A DNA stretch of 64,000 nucleotides. Origin: Malacoraja senta (Eukaryota). Below the pieces are notes generated by a model. That model was not told the origin of the DNA. It ran no database searches and saw only the letters and a program-made list of their open reading frames with translations. The stretch's first letter is position 1. Each line of letters opens with the position of its first letter. Positions 23,447 to 36,144 of this stretch are shown in pieces. The stretch is from contig CM075994.1 of the NCBI GenBank assembly GCA_038087875.1, positions 5,022,001 through 5,086,000 of the forward strand, written 5' to 3'. The position numbers and the translations under genes are program-made.

Positions 23447-26036
23447 TCATATACTTATAAAAACTCTGATCTTGTTAGTGTGTATATGTGTGTATATGTG
23501 GTTGACTTTACATATTCGCGAAACTGCTACGCTATAACGATAACATTTTTACATATTCCGGTTCACATTTTTCCAGTCGAGGCCAGGATGACCTTATCTG
23601 AACATGTCATGCATTTATTTCTCGAGCTATTACAGATTAAAGTTTATAAACATCAAAACACGTTCAAACTAAAACCACCAGCTTCAAATGATGACGTCAT
23701 AATGACTCAGTTACCAGAGACCACCCTGAATGAAGATGTTCATCCCATATTTGATACGTTTTTCGCGATAGTAGCTTTAAAAATGCCAACTTTCAGAAAA
23801 TATTTTTATATTCCGATAGACATTTTTTCCCTCGAGGCCGAGTTCACTTTCACTGAACATTTTCTGCTTTATTTCTCGACTTGTTAGAACAGGTACTTTG
23901 GTTCTGTCTCCACTAAGGAGGACACAAACAATCTTCCTGATATAGTAGTGGTCAGAGGATCTGGGGCGAAGGAGGAACTGAAGGAAATCCACATTAGGCA
24001 TGAAATTGTGTTGTGTAGACTGATGGGACTGAAGGCTTATTCATCCCCAGGGCCTGACAGTATGCATCACAGGATACTTAAGAAAGTGTCTCCAAAGATC
24101 GTGGATGCAATGTTGATAAGTTTCCAATGTTCTATAGAATCAGGATCAGTTCCTGTGGATTGGAGGGTAGCTAATGTTATCCGATTTTTTAAGAAAGGCG
24201 GGAGAGAGAAAACAGGGAATTATAGACCAGTTAGCCTGACATTGGTGGTGGGGAAGATGCTGGAGTCAATAATAAAATATCAAATAGCCGAACATTTGGA
24301 TAGAGTAACAGGATCGGTCCGAGGCAGCATGGGTTTACGAAGGGGAAATCATGCTTGACTAATCTTCTGGATTTTTTGAGGATGTAACTCGGAAAATGGC
24401 CAACGGAGTGCCCGTGGATGTAGTGTACCCGGAATTTCACAAAACATTTCATCAATAGGGCACATGTTATTGGGGGGTAGAGTGCTGACATGGATATAAA
24501 AGTGATTGGCAGACAGGAAACAAAGAGTAGGGATTAACGGGTGCATTTCAGAATGGCAGTCAGTGACTAGTGGGGTACCGCAAGGTTCGGTGCTGGGACC
24601 TCAGCTATTTACAATATACAGTACATCAATGATTTGGATGAAGGGATTCAATGTAACATTAGTAAATTTGCAAATGACTCAAAGCTGGGTGGCAGTGTGA
24701 ACTGTGAGAAGGATCATATGAGAATGCTGGGTGACTTGGACAGGTTGGGGTAGCGGGCAGATGCATGGCAGATGAAGGTTAAGGCGGATAAATGTGAGGT
24801 TATCCACTTTGGTAGCAAAAACAGGAAGGCAGGTTACTATCTAAGTGGCGTCAAGTGGGGAAAAGTGGAAGTACAACGGGATCTGGGGGGTCCTTGTTCA
24901 TCAGTCTATGAAAGTAAGCATGCAGGTACAGCAGGCAGTGAAGAAAGCGAATGCCATGTTTCCCTTTATAACAAGAGGAATCAAATATAGCAGCAAATAT
25001 GTCCTTCTGCCGCTGTACAGAGACCTAGTGAGACCACAACTGGAGTATTGTGTGCAGTTTTGGTACCCTAATTTGAGGAAGGACATTCATGCTATTGAGG
25101 GAGTGCAGCGTAGGTTTACAAGGTTAATTACCGGGATGGCGGGACTCTCATATGTTGAGAGAATGGAGCAGCTGGGCTTGTACACTCTGCATTTTAGAAG
25201 GATGAGAGAGGATCTCATTGAAACATTTGAGATTGTTAAGGGTTTGGACACGCTAGAGGCAGGAAACATATTCCCGATGTTGGGGGAGTCCAGAACCAGG
25301 GCACACAGTTTAAACATAAAGAGTAAGCCATTTAAAACGGAGACGAGGAAACGTTTTCTCACAGCGACTGGTGAGTCTGTGGTATTCTCTGCCTCAGAGG
25401 GCTGTAGGGGCAGGTTCTCTGGAAGCTTCCAAGTGAGAGCTAGATAGGGCTCTTTAAAATAGTGGAGTCAGAGGAGGCAGGAACGGGGTAGTGATTGGGA
25501 ATTATCAGCCATGATCACATTGAATGGAGGTGCTGGTTCGAAGGGCCGAATGGCCTACTCCTGCATCGATTGTCTATTGTCTATTAAATAAATGAAGGTT
25601 TCAATCAAATTATTTACACGTTATTCGCGATGAAAGCTTGACAAATGCCAAATTCCACACGATTTTCACATATTCTGGTTCACATTTTTCCACACGAGGC
25701 TTTCACTTTCAGTGAACCATTCATGTTTTATTTCCGACTTATTACTGATTAATTACCGACCAGCTTCAAATGATGATTGTTTGAATTTCAAACCGACCAG
25801 CTTCAAATGTTGATGTCACAATGGCTCGACTAGAAGGGGAGGGCGAATTGCTATTGCAACACGCAGGGTAACTGTGATTGGATTTTGTTTAAAGACTACT
25901 GCTGAGGAAGGCAAGGGGTGTGCTCGAATGTTACGTTTGGGAACGGCTTGAGTTGGATCACCACACCTCCCATGGATGCTACGGGTAGGGAACGGGTGCG
26001 TGGTTGAGCAGACACAAGGGTCTGCAGTTCGTCTAG
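23447..26036 (+). mobile_element. Non-autonomous Helitron with internal ~256-bp tandem units, interrupted by a CR1
   Basis: A|TC start at 23447; 3' hairpin GCAGAC-N6-GTCTGC (26008-26025) followed by CTAG|T (26033-26037); repeat units begin near 23551, 23807 and 25668. Confidence 0.7.
23890..25585 (+). mobile_element. CR1 LINE, 5'-truncated, degenerate
   Basis: ORFs 23948-24358, 24506-24700 and 24845-25447 are CR1 RT fragments; (tctattg)n tail. Confidence 0.95.
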
Positions 26037-26487
26037 TCTTTATTAAATCTCTGAGGAAAATATGTGAGCATCTTAAGAATTTAATTATTTTCCACCGACA
26101 AATACAATTAAATCGGTAATATAATTTGGTTGTATCAGTCGTTAACTAATATAAATTGTGCTTTTCATTATTGTCGTCAATTCACTTATTTTGTGTTTAC
26201 TCATATCGAATTCGCAGGAAAGTCTATGGTTTACTCATATCGAATTCAAAGGAAAGAACCTCTCAAAAGCCGCATTGTTTTTTAAGTGGGCTGTGAACTT
26301 TCATGTAATTTAACGGCACATTATGTGATCACTTTTAAATGATCGTATTTGGTATCTGATTGTAAAATGATTATATTTTATCTGCGAGATCGATTGTCGA
26401 ACGCGGCAGCAGAACTATCGTGATAACGTCTCATGAAATATGGCAAATGTACGCGATATAACTCCAGAGGAGGAATAATGACCTTAC

Positions 26488-26514
26488 CGACATCAGTCCG
26501 CAATTTCTTTATAT
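26488..26514 (-). CDS. Candidate 27-nt phase-1 micro-exon (DIKKLRTDV)
   Basis: tttctgtggcatcag|ATATAAAGAAATTGCGGACTGATGTCG|gtaagg. Confidence 0.7.
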
Positions 26515-28182
26515 CTGATGCCACAGAAATTTAAAATTGGTTGTGCATTTCATCTATGTTGTAAACGAGATAAGAAAGATGATCTTTATTTATTGAATAC
26601 GTTTACAAATACGTTTGAAAATCAAGCGATAGCTTTGCTATTGATCACAGGCAAAGCTGCCATCATGGTTCTGAAATAGGAGCAAAATTCGCCAGGGCTT
26701 TGCTCAATACTCCAATACTTGATGCAAGACAATGTTCGCATTCTGGCTTTGCCTATGATTTATGCTCGTTATTCACCATTCTGTTTTCATTTATTGCCAC
26801 TTTCTCGGACCCCACACAAGCCAATTAACCTTGCCAATACTTTTCACGCTCAAGATCGTTTCAGCAAATGAGCTTTGCGTTTCTGCAATGCTAAACTCTC
26901 TCTAGATATCAGAGTCGCCATATCTATTAAACTTTTAAATGTTTTACTTACACCTTACTGTTTTGACATCTGTCCGAAATGTTATATTCCCCAGATTTCA
27001 CATAATGTAAAGTTTTTGATACAGCTACTAATAACTTTGTGAGGAGTGTTTTCGCATTGCGTTGTGCCTAATCCCACATTTTATTAGTCCTTGCTACAAA
27101 CCGTGTCTCCACATGCCTGCCCGAATTTTTTTTAAATCTGTAGAATCAATTTAACTAAAACTAGCATGAACCTTACATTATTGCTGCAGTCAGATATCGG
27201 GAATTCTTTCATCCTGTTTCTGGATGCCGGAAAACATTCTACAATCTATGTCAGGGTAGATTATGGAAATATGTATATATCCATGCAGCTAAGGTTTCGA
27301 AACATTCTACCTCGCTGCAGTGCAAAAAATAATCTGAAATGAGTTGGCAGAGACACTTATAAGAACCGGTGCAATTAAGACGTTTCAAAGATATTTGGCC
27401 ATATCTGTGAATGTGTAGAGATTGGAGGGCTGTGGACCATGTGCAGGAACTGGGAACTAGAACGGAATGCCAACTTGCTCGCCATGGACACGGTTGGTCT
27501 GAGGGTTTCTTTCCATGCAACAGAGCCCCATGTCTCTCCGACTGCTCAATCCAACAGAATAAAATGACGAATAGCCACACAAAGGTACTTTCCTCAATAT
27601 ATCTAATCAATGACTGAAATAAGGATCCATTAAGTGAGTGCATTCTATGCACCTTTCATGGCGTTGCTTTGATAGACCATCACACGTCTGATTGGTGAAA
27701 TGGAAACAGGGGAATAATAAAAGTAATTATTGTGAGAGCATGTATTTAAGCAGGAAGATATAATTAGCCTGCAAGTGGTAATGCGGGAATAACTGCCTTC
27801 ATTAGGCCAAATGAAGCTATACTATATAATACATAACATATCAAATATTACCGCGGAGATATTATATGTCTCTCTAACCTATTGTAGACACTTTATTTAT
27901 TTCCACTTTTGTGAATGGGAATGAATCTAAGGAAAAGTCTCCAGGGAATGGGTGTGTCTTCCTGAATACCTACATGGATTGTTTACATACTGCATTCCAA
28001 TTTTACTGCGCAGTGGCAATATTGAACACATTTGCTCGGCTTCTCAAAAGTGAAGGTTGAACATCGGATACAAACTCATGTTCTTTAAAATCAATGTCTT
28101 GGACATATTAAGCAATGCTAATCAGTCACATATAATCTTATCAAGTCGCGTGAAAATTATTTCGGGCAAACCATATTTTTAC

Positions 28183-28200
28183 CTTCTCTTAATTCCTTTG
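28183..28200 (-). CDS. Candidate 18-nt phase-1 micro-exon (TKELRE)
   Basis: aaatttttgcag|CAAAGGAATTAAGAGAAG|gtaaaa; resembles a 9-nt-shortened 27-nt class exon. Confidence 0.6.
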
Positions 28201-28439
28201 CTGCAAAAATTTAAAATAATTATGAGATGAGCCGTCACAATCAAATTAAAATGCATAAATACACTATAAATGTCTCTACTAGAAATCATGAAAGGGTGAT
28301 TCAGGTTGATTTTTAGAAGGTGTCTCCGGATGAATCCGTGTATATCGTGATTTTGTGCATCACTAGTTTCGGACAGGTGCAGGTAGATAACAAATGTACA
28401 CCTGTAGTGTGAATTGTTGATTAGATGCCACTGCGACTG

Positions 28440-28680
28440 ACGTCGAGCATTGATACTTTGTAAAAAATTGTCTGGCTTGTGGCGAAGTTCAGTGGTGAGG
28501 GAGGAATGCGCCAAACGGGATCACCAGACGAAGGAGTCACGGAAGGAATTGAACCTCCAATGTAGATGTCTCTGGTGGCAGGATCTCTATTCCAACCTAA
28601 AGTTTTCCAATAATAGGTACAGGTCCTGTCCAGTATACACAACCCGCCACACCCCACTCACGCACACTTCACCGCCTTTA
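28440..28680 (-). mobile_element. Highly decayed Penelope-like remnant
   Basis: Reverse complement resembles about 53560-53730 (gatcc..ccaccag.., ttccttccgtgactcc.tcgtc). Confidence 0.45.
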
Positions 28681-29257
28681 TACTTTCTGTCCTAACGCTG
28701 AACTTCCCAATTGCACCTGCCTTTCCCACTTCTTCCAACCTCCGTTTCTCATTTTATTCCCACTGCAAATGCTGTTTCCATTCGCCTTCTGCATTCATAT
28801 CTGTTCGACATTCCCCGTCGCTGCGTACCAACCACATCGAAGCCGGTTCTAGATCTCTTGTTTCCTTAATCATTGTTTTCCCACCTTTGTATGCCACCTT
28901 ACATCATTTGCCTCCAAGTATTTCCACTGAACTGTCTCCGACCATACCTCTCATTCTTGGGTGTCGTTACCCGGCAACTACCTGCCGTTAGCTCTCAGCC
29001 TATTTACCCGCTGTTATCCACCACCCTCTCCCAATCCACCATAACCTGTTGTTCTTATCTTCCCACTCGCAGTCTCCTCTATATGCTTGTTATCTACGCT
29101 TTCTATTCTCGGTCCTTCTGCAGGGTTTCATCCGATAGGTATATCATTCTCCACACCCTCCCCCACACACACAGATAACCTACAAACATTATAGCTATAG
29201 AATAATCGTCTTAGAAATAATATATTGAAAACGATGAAAGGGTTTGTAGTTGCTTAC

Positions 29258-29293
29258 TGATATCAGCGAGAGCCTTCTTCAAGGTATGCACTT
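29258..29293 (-). CDS. Candidate 36-nt phase-1 micro-exon (EVHTLKKALADI)
   Basis: aattattttag|AAGTGCATACCTTGAAGAAGGCTCTCGCTGATATCA|gtaagc; shares LKKAxADI with exon at 4288-4323. Confidence 0.8.
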
Positions 29294-29344
29294 CTAAAAT
29301 AATTTATAATAACACTTCAATAGTTGCAGTCCGTTGCTAGGGTA

Positions 29345-29625
29345 GGGGAATCATGGACCAGAGCACATAAGTTTAAGGTGAAGGGAGAAATATATAATAC
29401 GAATCCGAGGGCTATCTCGGCGAACAAACGGTGGTGGGAGTATGGAGCGAGTGAAGGTCGTGGAGGCAGGGACTATTGCTAAGTTGAACATAAAGCAACA
29501 TGGATAGGACAACTTTAGATGGACATGGGCCAAACGCAGGCAGATGGGACTCGTGTAGATGGGACATGTTGGTTGGTATGGGCAACTTGGGACAAATGGC
29601 CTATTTCCAGGCTGAATGACTCCAC
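29345..29625 (+). mobile_element. CR1 3' fragment
   Basis: Similar to 17290-17600. Confidence 0.7.
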
Positions 29626-30014
29626 GATTAAAGTTTATTAGAGCGTTTCACAATTAACTACTTGAATGCGTGCTACATATTGACCCGCTTCAATGCTTTC
29701 GTCATGAACAGCGTTTTTTTTAGAATAATTAGTGTAATATATTTCCCTTGTACGTTAATATAAAATAGTGATGGACAGGAATAGTCCTTCCGCTCACAAT
29801 GCGTTATGCCATCAGGAGCAATTTCGTGTTTGGGGTTATTTAGCTATACTGTATTGAGTTTCCACTAACGGCACGGCATTGTCCAACGTAGGTAGTCTAC
29901 GCTCTCGATTTGGTCTATTGCATTTTTACAAATAATATTTAAGGAATTGTGTCCAGCTAAATCCAATAACAGATATATGAGCTAAGACGGGTTTTTAGAA
30001 TTTAGAATTCTAAA

Positions 30015-30525
30015 ACTCGCTAGAATTTAGAAGATTGAGGGGGGGATTTTATAAAAACTTACAAAATTCTTAAAGGTTTGGACAGGCTAGATACAGGAAG
30101 ATTGTTCCCGATGTTTGGGAAGTCCTGAACAAGGGTTCACAGTTTAAGGATAAGGGGGAAATCTTTTAGGAGCCTGACGGGAAAAACATTTTTCACACAG
30201 AGAGTGGTGAATCTCTGGAATTCTCTGACACAGAAGGTAGTTGAGTCCAGTTCGTTGGCTATATTTAAGTGGGAGTTAGATGTGGCCCTTGTGGCTAAAG
30301 AGATCAGGGGGTATGGAGAGAAGGCTGGTACAGGATACTGAGTTGGATGATCAGCCATGATCATATTGAATGGCAGTGCAGGCTCGAAGGGCCGAATTGC
30401 CTACTCCTGCACCTATTTTCTATGTTTCTATGTTTCTATGTTTCGGCCCGAAACGTTACTTATCTCCTTCGCTCCATAGATGCTGCTGCAACTGCTGAGT
30501 TTCTCCAGCATGTTTGTGTACCTTA
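30015..30525 (+). mobile_element. CR1 3' fragment with (tctatgtt)n tail, fused to Penelope tail
   Basis: Reverse-complement match to 7920-8330; followed by tttcggcccgaaacgtt...gatgctgctgc. Confidence 0.85.
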
Positions 30526-30847
30526 TATGAGCTAAATGCCGTTTAGGTGATAAATAATAAATCACAGGAAAGTTCGAATTGAGATATATATCGTGAGTGT
30601 ATAGGAAGGAACGACATTTGTTGGTTTAAATCGAAGATAGAAACAAAATGCTGTAATAACACAGCGATCCAGGAAGCATCTCCGTCGAGAAGGAAGTGGG
30701 TGACGTTTCTTATCGAAACCTTTCTTGAAACTATCGTCAGGGACCTGTATGTGGGGAGTGATGACTAATATAGTAGCCTGTAGCGGCCTGAACGAGGTCA
30801 GTAAAAGGCCAGACGCCAGACGGGTTCAATTAGCAGACTTTAATGTT

Positions 30848-32929
30848 TTACCACGAGAGCACCCCACACACACACCTCGAGAGCACTAAATCCAGGGTCG
30901 AATGGAAACCCCGTGGCAGACCAGTCCACTGTCCTTCACTCGGCGAGGGGAATGATCCAAGGAGTGGCTTACCCCCCAGGGACCGCCACATGACCCCCCC
31001 CCCAAGTACCCGAGACACGAAACGGACAGGAGGCCCTACACGGCGGCCAGCGCGGGTACACACCATGCCCTGCCCCGGAACAGGCAACTGACCAACAGGT
31101 GCATGGGACCGAGTTACCAGAGGAGGTACCCTAGACAGAGGCCGCCCTCGCTTACGAGGCCGCGCTACCAACACCGGCTGATCGATAACAATATGTGCTG
31201 GCTTCAACCGCGCAACTGAAACAGTCTCATCCCGACCCCCCATGTCCAGGACGAAAGAGGATGAGCCATGTTCCAGTACCCGAAAGGGACCCTCGTACGG
31301 CCGCTGGAGAGGTGTCCGATGAGCATCCCTGCGCAGAAAAACGAACTGGCAGTCCACCAGGGCAGGCGGAACATGGGGACGGAAACACCCATGACGAGAC
31401 GTTGGCACCGGCGCCAACTTGCCCACCGTGTGCCGAAGACGTTGTAGAGCGTCCGAAGGCTGCTCCGCCTGACCACGTGTCGACGGGATGAATTCCCCGG
31501 GCACCGTCAACGGAGACCCATATACCAACTCGGCGGAGGAGGAGGCTAAGTCCTCTTTGGGTGCGGTGCGGATCCCCAGCAAAACCCACGGCAGAGCGTC
31601 CACCCAGTCCGGATCCTTGAGCCGTGCCTTCAGGGCGTCCTTAAGTTGACGGTGAAACCGCTCCACCAAGCCGTTCGCCTGCGGGTGGTACGCCGTCGTG
31701 TGGTGCAGACGAACACCCAGGAGACGTGCCATGGCCGCCCACAGTTCCGACGTGAACTGAGGCCCCCGGTCGGAAGTTATGTCCAGTGGCACTCCGCACC
31801 TGGCGATCCAATGCGCCACCAAGGTTCGAGCGCAAGTAGTCGTTGCCGAATTCGGTAGCGGGATGGCTTCAGGCCACCGCGTAAAGCGGTCCACAAGGGT
31901 GAATAGGTAGGTCATGCCCTGGGACGAAGGCAGCGGCCCCACGATGTCCACGTGAATGTGGTCGAAACGCTGCCTTGGAATGGGGAACTCCTGCAACGAC
32001 GCGCGCACGTGTCGTTGCACCTTGGCGGTCTGGCACGAGATGCAGGTGCGCGCCCAGTGTCCAACCTCCTTCCGCAGTCCGTGCCACATGAAACGGGAGG
32101 CCACCAGGGCCGTTGTCGCCCGGATGGAGGGATGCGCAAGCCCATGGAGCACCTCAAACACCCTGCGCCGCCAGGCGATGGGTACAATGGGTCGCGGAAC
32201 CCCAGAGGAGACATCGCACAGCAGCGTTGCACACCCAGGACCACAGACAACGTCCTCCAAATGCAGGCCCGAAACTGCCGTACCGTAAGCGGACATCTCC
32301 TCGTCGACCAACTGAGCGGCTGCTAGGGCGGAATAATTGATCCCCTCGGCGACTTGGAGAACCGCGTTGAATGCAGGTCTAGATAAGGCATCGGCCACTT
32401 TGTTGAATTTGCCCTCAACGAACCGGATGGAGGTTGTGTATTCGGACACATACGCCAACTGCCTCTGCTGCCGGGCAGACCACGAGTCTGAAACCTTGGC
32501 GAACGCGAAGGTTAACGGCTTGTGGTCCGTAAACACAGTAAACAGCCTCCCCTCCAGGAAATAGCGGAAATGGCGTACAGCGAGATATAGGGCAAGGAGC
32601 TCGCGGTCAAAAGCACTGTAATGGCGTTGAGCACCACTGATATGCCTGCTGAAGAAGGCGAGTGGCCGCCAGTATCCATCGACGAGCTGCTCCAACACTG
32701 CCCCAACCGCAATCTCAGAAGCGCCTACCGTCAAGGCGGTCGGGGCGTTCTCCCGTGGGTGGACGAGCATGGTGGCTTCAGCCAGTGCCTGCTTAGCCCT
32801 ATCAAAAGCCGCTGATGCTTCCGCGGACCACTCAACCACCCTGCGATGACCAGCAATCAGCTGGAACAGCGGACGCATGACTGCGGCCGCTGCCGGCAGG
32901 AAACGGTGATAGAAAGTGACCATCCCCAC
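30848..32929 (-). CDS. Gypsy pol, RNase H and integrase portion (693 aa)
   Basis: [21 protein letters not shown] zinc finger, HVDIVGP, SDRG, ANGLVER, YEGPF. Confidence 0.9.
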   Translation of the reverse strand: MGMVTFYHRFLPAAAAVMRPLFQLIAGHRRVVEWSAEASAAFDRAKQALAEATMLVHPRENAPTALTVGASEIAVGAVLEQLVDGYWRPLAFFSRHISGAQRHYSAFDRELLALYLAVRHFRYFLEGRLFTVFTDHKPLTFAFAKVSDSWSARQQRQLAYVSEYTTSIRFVEGKFNKVADALSRPAFNAVLQVAEGINYSALAAAQLVDEEMSAYGTAVSGLHLEDVVCGPGCATLLCDVSSGVPRPIVPIAWRRRVFEVLHGLAHPSIRATTALVASRFMWHGLRKEVGHWARTCISCQTAKVQRHVRASLQEFPIPRQRFDHIHVDIVGPLPSSQGMTYLFTLVDRFTRWPEAIPLPNSATTTCARTLVAHWIARCGVPLDITSDRGPQFTSELWAAMARLLGVRLHHTTAYHPQANGLVERFHRQLKDALKARLKDPDWVDALPWVLLGIRTAPKEDLASSSAELVYGSPLTVPGEFIPSTRGQAEQPSDALQRLRHTVGKLAPVPTSRHGCFRPHVPPALVDCQFVFLRRDAHRTPLQRPYEGPFRVLEHGSSSFVLDMGGRDETVSVARLKPAHIVIDQPVLVARPRKRGRPLSRVPPLVTRSHAPVGQLPVPGQGMVCTRAGRRVGPPVRFVSRVLGGGVMWRSLGGKPLLGSFPSPSEGQWTGLPRGFHSTLDLVLSRCVCGVLSW

Positions 32930-33638
32930 GAATTCTTGTCGGACGGGGGAACCTGCGGATAGCGTCCACCTTGACCGGCAGAGGCACCACCCCTTGTGGA
33001 GTCACGCGGTGGCCGAGGAAGTCGATAGACGTCACCCCGAAACGGCATTTGGACGCGTTGATGGCCAAACCGAAATCGCAGAGGCGCTGACACAGCTGAC
33101 GGAGGTGGATGCAGTGCTCCTGCCGCGAGTGACTAGCCACGAGTATGTCATCTAAGTACACAAAGACGAAATCCAGGCCGCGGCTCACACAGTCCATAAG
33201 CCGCTGAAAGGCATGCGCAGCGTTTTTTAACCCAAACGGCATCCTTACAAATTCGAATAGACCAAATGGTGTAATAATGGCCGTCTTCGGAATATCATCG
33301 GGGCGAACCGGAATTTGATTATATCCTCGTACGAGGTCCACCTTGGAGAATATGGATGCGCCGGCTAGATGGGCATTGAAGTCCTGAATGTGCCGAACTG
33401 GGTACCTATCCGCGACGGTCGCATCATTCAGGCGAAGGTAATCCCCACACGGGCGCCAGCCCCCGTCTGCCTTGGGGACCATGTGGAGCGGTGACGCCCA
33501 TGGGCTATCGGAGGGACGCACGATTCCCATCTCCTCCATCAGGCGGAACTCCTGCCGAGCAAGCCGAAGCTTGTCTGGCGCCAGACGACGCGCCCGGGCG
33601 TGCACAGGCGGGCAGGTAGTAGGGATGTGGTGCTCCAC
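32832..33638 (-). pseudogene. Gypsy pol RT portion (frameshifted)
   Basis: [24 protein letters not shown]. Confidence 0.9.
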
Positions 33639-36117
33639 CCCGTGCTTGGGGTGGAGGAGCAGAAGTGGGGTTCCAGGATGTCAGGAAAATCTGCCATGAT
33701 GCGCGCGAATGTCGCATCCACGGACGATAGGGGGCCATCAGTGCGTGATACAGGATCACCAATACGGAGGAAGACCGGCTCCAGCGTGATAGAATGCATC
33801 AGGCGCCCCCGCTTGACATCCACGAGCAGTGAATGAGCTCGGAGGAAGTCGGCGCCCAGCAGCGGCTGGGAAACGTCAGCAATTACGAACTTCCATGAAA
33901 AGGAGCTGCGGCCAAAGTTGAGGGGAATGGTGCGAAACCCGTAGGTGCGGATAGCACTCCCGTTCGCCGCGGTGAGGAGGGGCCCTCGTTTACCCGCCCG
34001 GATGTCAGTTATGGAGGGGGGCAGAACGCTCACTTCCGCACCAGTGTCCACGAGGAATCGACCTCCCGTGCGACGATCCCAGGCGAAGACGCGATGAATT
34101 TTGCCGGCCGCCGAAGGAATTACTGACGACCGGCCCTTTCGTTTCCCGGGAATGAACAGGGTGGAACACATCTCCTGGCTGCAGCTCCCCAGCGACGGTG
34201 GTAAGAGCACCAACCTCCTCTGTTGGTGTCTTGTGGAACTGCATACCAATTTGGCTGGTTTGGACGCCAGCGACCTCTGCTGGCGTTAAGTGGAACTGCA
34301 GGCTGGCCATACTGGAAAGACGTGCCTGCAGTGGATTGCGCAATGGCGGCCGGATTTTGCCGCGGGGCCCGACTGGGAGCGGTGGAGACGTGGTCGATAG
34401 CGTTCCCGACCTGCTCTGAGCCTCCAAAAGCCGCAGGAAGACGTTCAGCACCTCCTTATGGCGATTCATCCAAAGTTCGTCGGCTTGCTCACCCAGCTCC
34501 CGCATGTCGGTAAATGGATTCCTGGCGAGCTGCATACGGATGTCGGACGGTAGCTGCTGCAGGTAGGCATATTTAAACAGAAAGCAAGGTTCATGGTCCC
34601 CCATTAGGGTTAGCATGTCCTCCAGGAGGTCGGACGGCCGGCGGTCGCCCAGCCCCTCCATTATGAAAATCCGAGCAGCCCGCTCGGAGTCACCTAGGCC
34701 GAACCTCCTGATAAGGTATGCCTTCAGGCCGTTATATTTGTTTGCTACGGGGGGGGGGGGTCTTGAGGAACGGCTTAATTCTCCTTGCGGTTGCTTGGTC
34801 CAGCGCCCCAATCACATAATAATATTTAGTCTCATCTACCGTAATTCCACTCAAAGCAAACTATGCCTCTGCCTGCTGGAACCAAGTGTCAGCTTCTTCG
34901 GTCCACATAGTAGGGAGCTTCAACGCAACGGCGTTATTCTCCATCACGACGCGTGATGGACGGCGTGTGTCACCAGTGTAGCGGCCTGAACGAGGTCAGT
35001 AAAAGGCCAGACGCCAGACGGGTTCAATTAGCAGACTTTAATGTTTTACCACGAGAGCACCCCACACACACACCTCGAGAGCACTAAATCCAGGGTCGAC
35101 TGGAAACCCCGTGGCAGACCAGTCCACTGTCCTTCACTCGGCGAGGGGAATGATCCAAGGAGTGGCTTACCCCCCCGGGACCGCCACATGCCCCCCCCAC
35201 AAGTACCCGAGACACGAAACGGACAGGAGGCCCTACACGGCGGCCAGCGCGGGTACACACCATGCCCTGCCCCGGAACAGGCAACTGACCAACAGGTGCA
35301 TGGGACCGAGTTACCAGAGGAGGTACCCTAGACAGAGGCCAATGTTAACGTTGGTAACAGTTGGCGTAATGTAAAGTAAAATAATATTATGCCATGCAGA
35401 GCCTTGAAGACAATTACACATGTTAGCCTTGATTAATGGGGAAATGACCGTTATTCTTCAACAATTCAAATGGAGTGAATCAACAATTAGACATAATGAT
35501 CCGTTGTTTTTGTATTTCTTCAGTTTACATATATTTGAGAATGCAAAACGCTCCAAAATCATTAATACGGTTTAAATGTTGATAGCGCGTGCCATCGAAT
35601 TAATTATACCTGCACATTCTACCAAATGTCATTTAAATACAGACGAAGAATTGCTGCATTCATTCTATAAAACAAGGAAATTGCACAAAACCGTCGATTG
35701 TTCCGAAACTGTCTATGGTCTATTTTGAAATAGAAAGCTACGGATATTCACGAAAAACAGTTGTATTAGTCATGGAAGTGCTGATTCCAGAGAGAGCGGA
35801 GAGAATTTCCTTTAGGAAATGGTGTTCGTACATCAAGGGGAAGAAAAAATCAAATTTCGCTAAATATTAATTAAATCATTATTTTTGGAATTTCGAGAAA
35901 TGTCTAGTTAATGTGTTTGTTTTTTTACGGTGGGGCAGTGTCCGTTGGTTCCATATACACGTTTTTATGTTTCCATTTGAAATGAATTGCGGTCAGATCA
36001 ACACAAAATAGCTTAACAATCTCAAAACAAAATCGAATTGCGTATAGATTGGTCAAAAGCCGTGTTTGATTTAAATTATATCCGGAAATCAAATACAAAA
36101 TAGTTCATGTCACTCAC

Positions 36118-36144
36118 CTTGTGCTTTTTCTATCAGTTTTTTCT
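36118..36144 (-). CDS. Candidate 27-nt phase-1 micro-exon (EKKLIEKAQ)
   Basis: tgatttttcttcatag|AGAAAAAACTGATAGAAAAAGCACAAG|gtgagt; consensus donor and acceptor. Confidence 0.8.

Larger units (their letters stand above)
30779..35188 (-). mobile_element. Ty3/Gypsy LTR retrotransposon, CsRn1-like, recent
   Basis: 212-bp TG..CA LTRs (30779-30990, 34977-35188) differing at 2 positions; PBS start TGGTGAC; G-rich PPT; gag CHCC motif (CSYHRRWGAAARRCVPPC), protease FLVDTGA, RT YLDD, RNase H, integrase; several frameshifts. Confidence 0.97.

Noticed and set aside
26195-26256. 34-bp-period direct repeat (gtttactcatatcgaattc)
   Set aside because: Two-copy local duplication; not CRISPR-like, no spacer array, eukaryotic context.
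31195-34956. Many short overlapping ORFs in the Gypsy
   Set aside because: Shadow frames of GC-rich gag-pol with no independent motifs.
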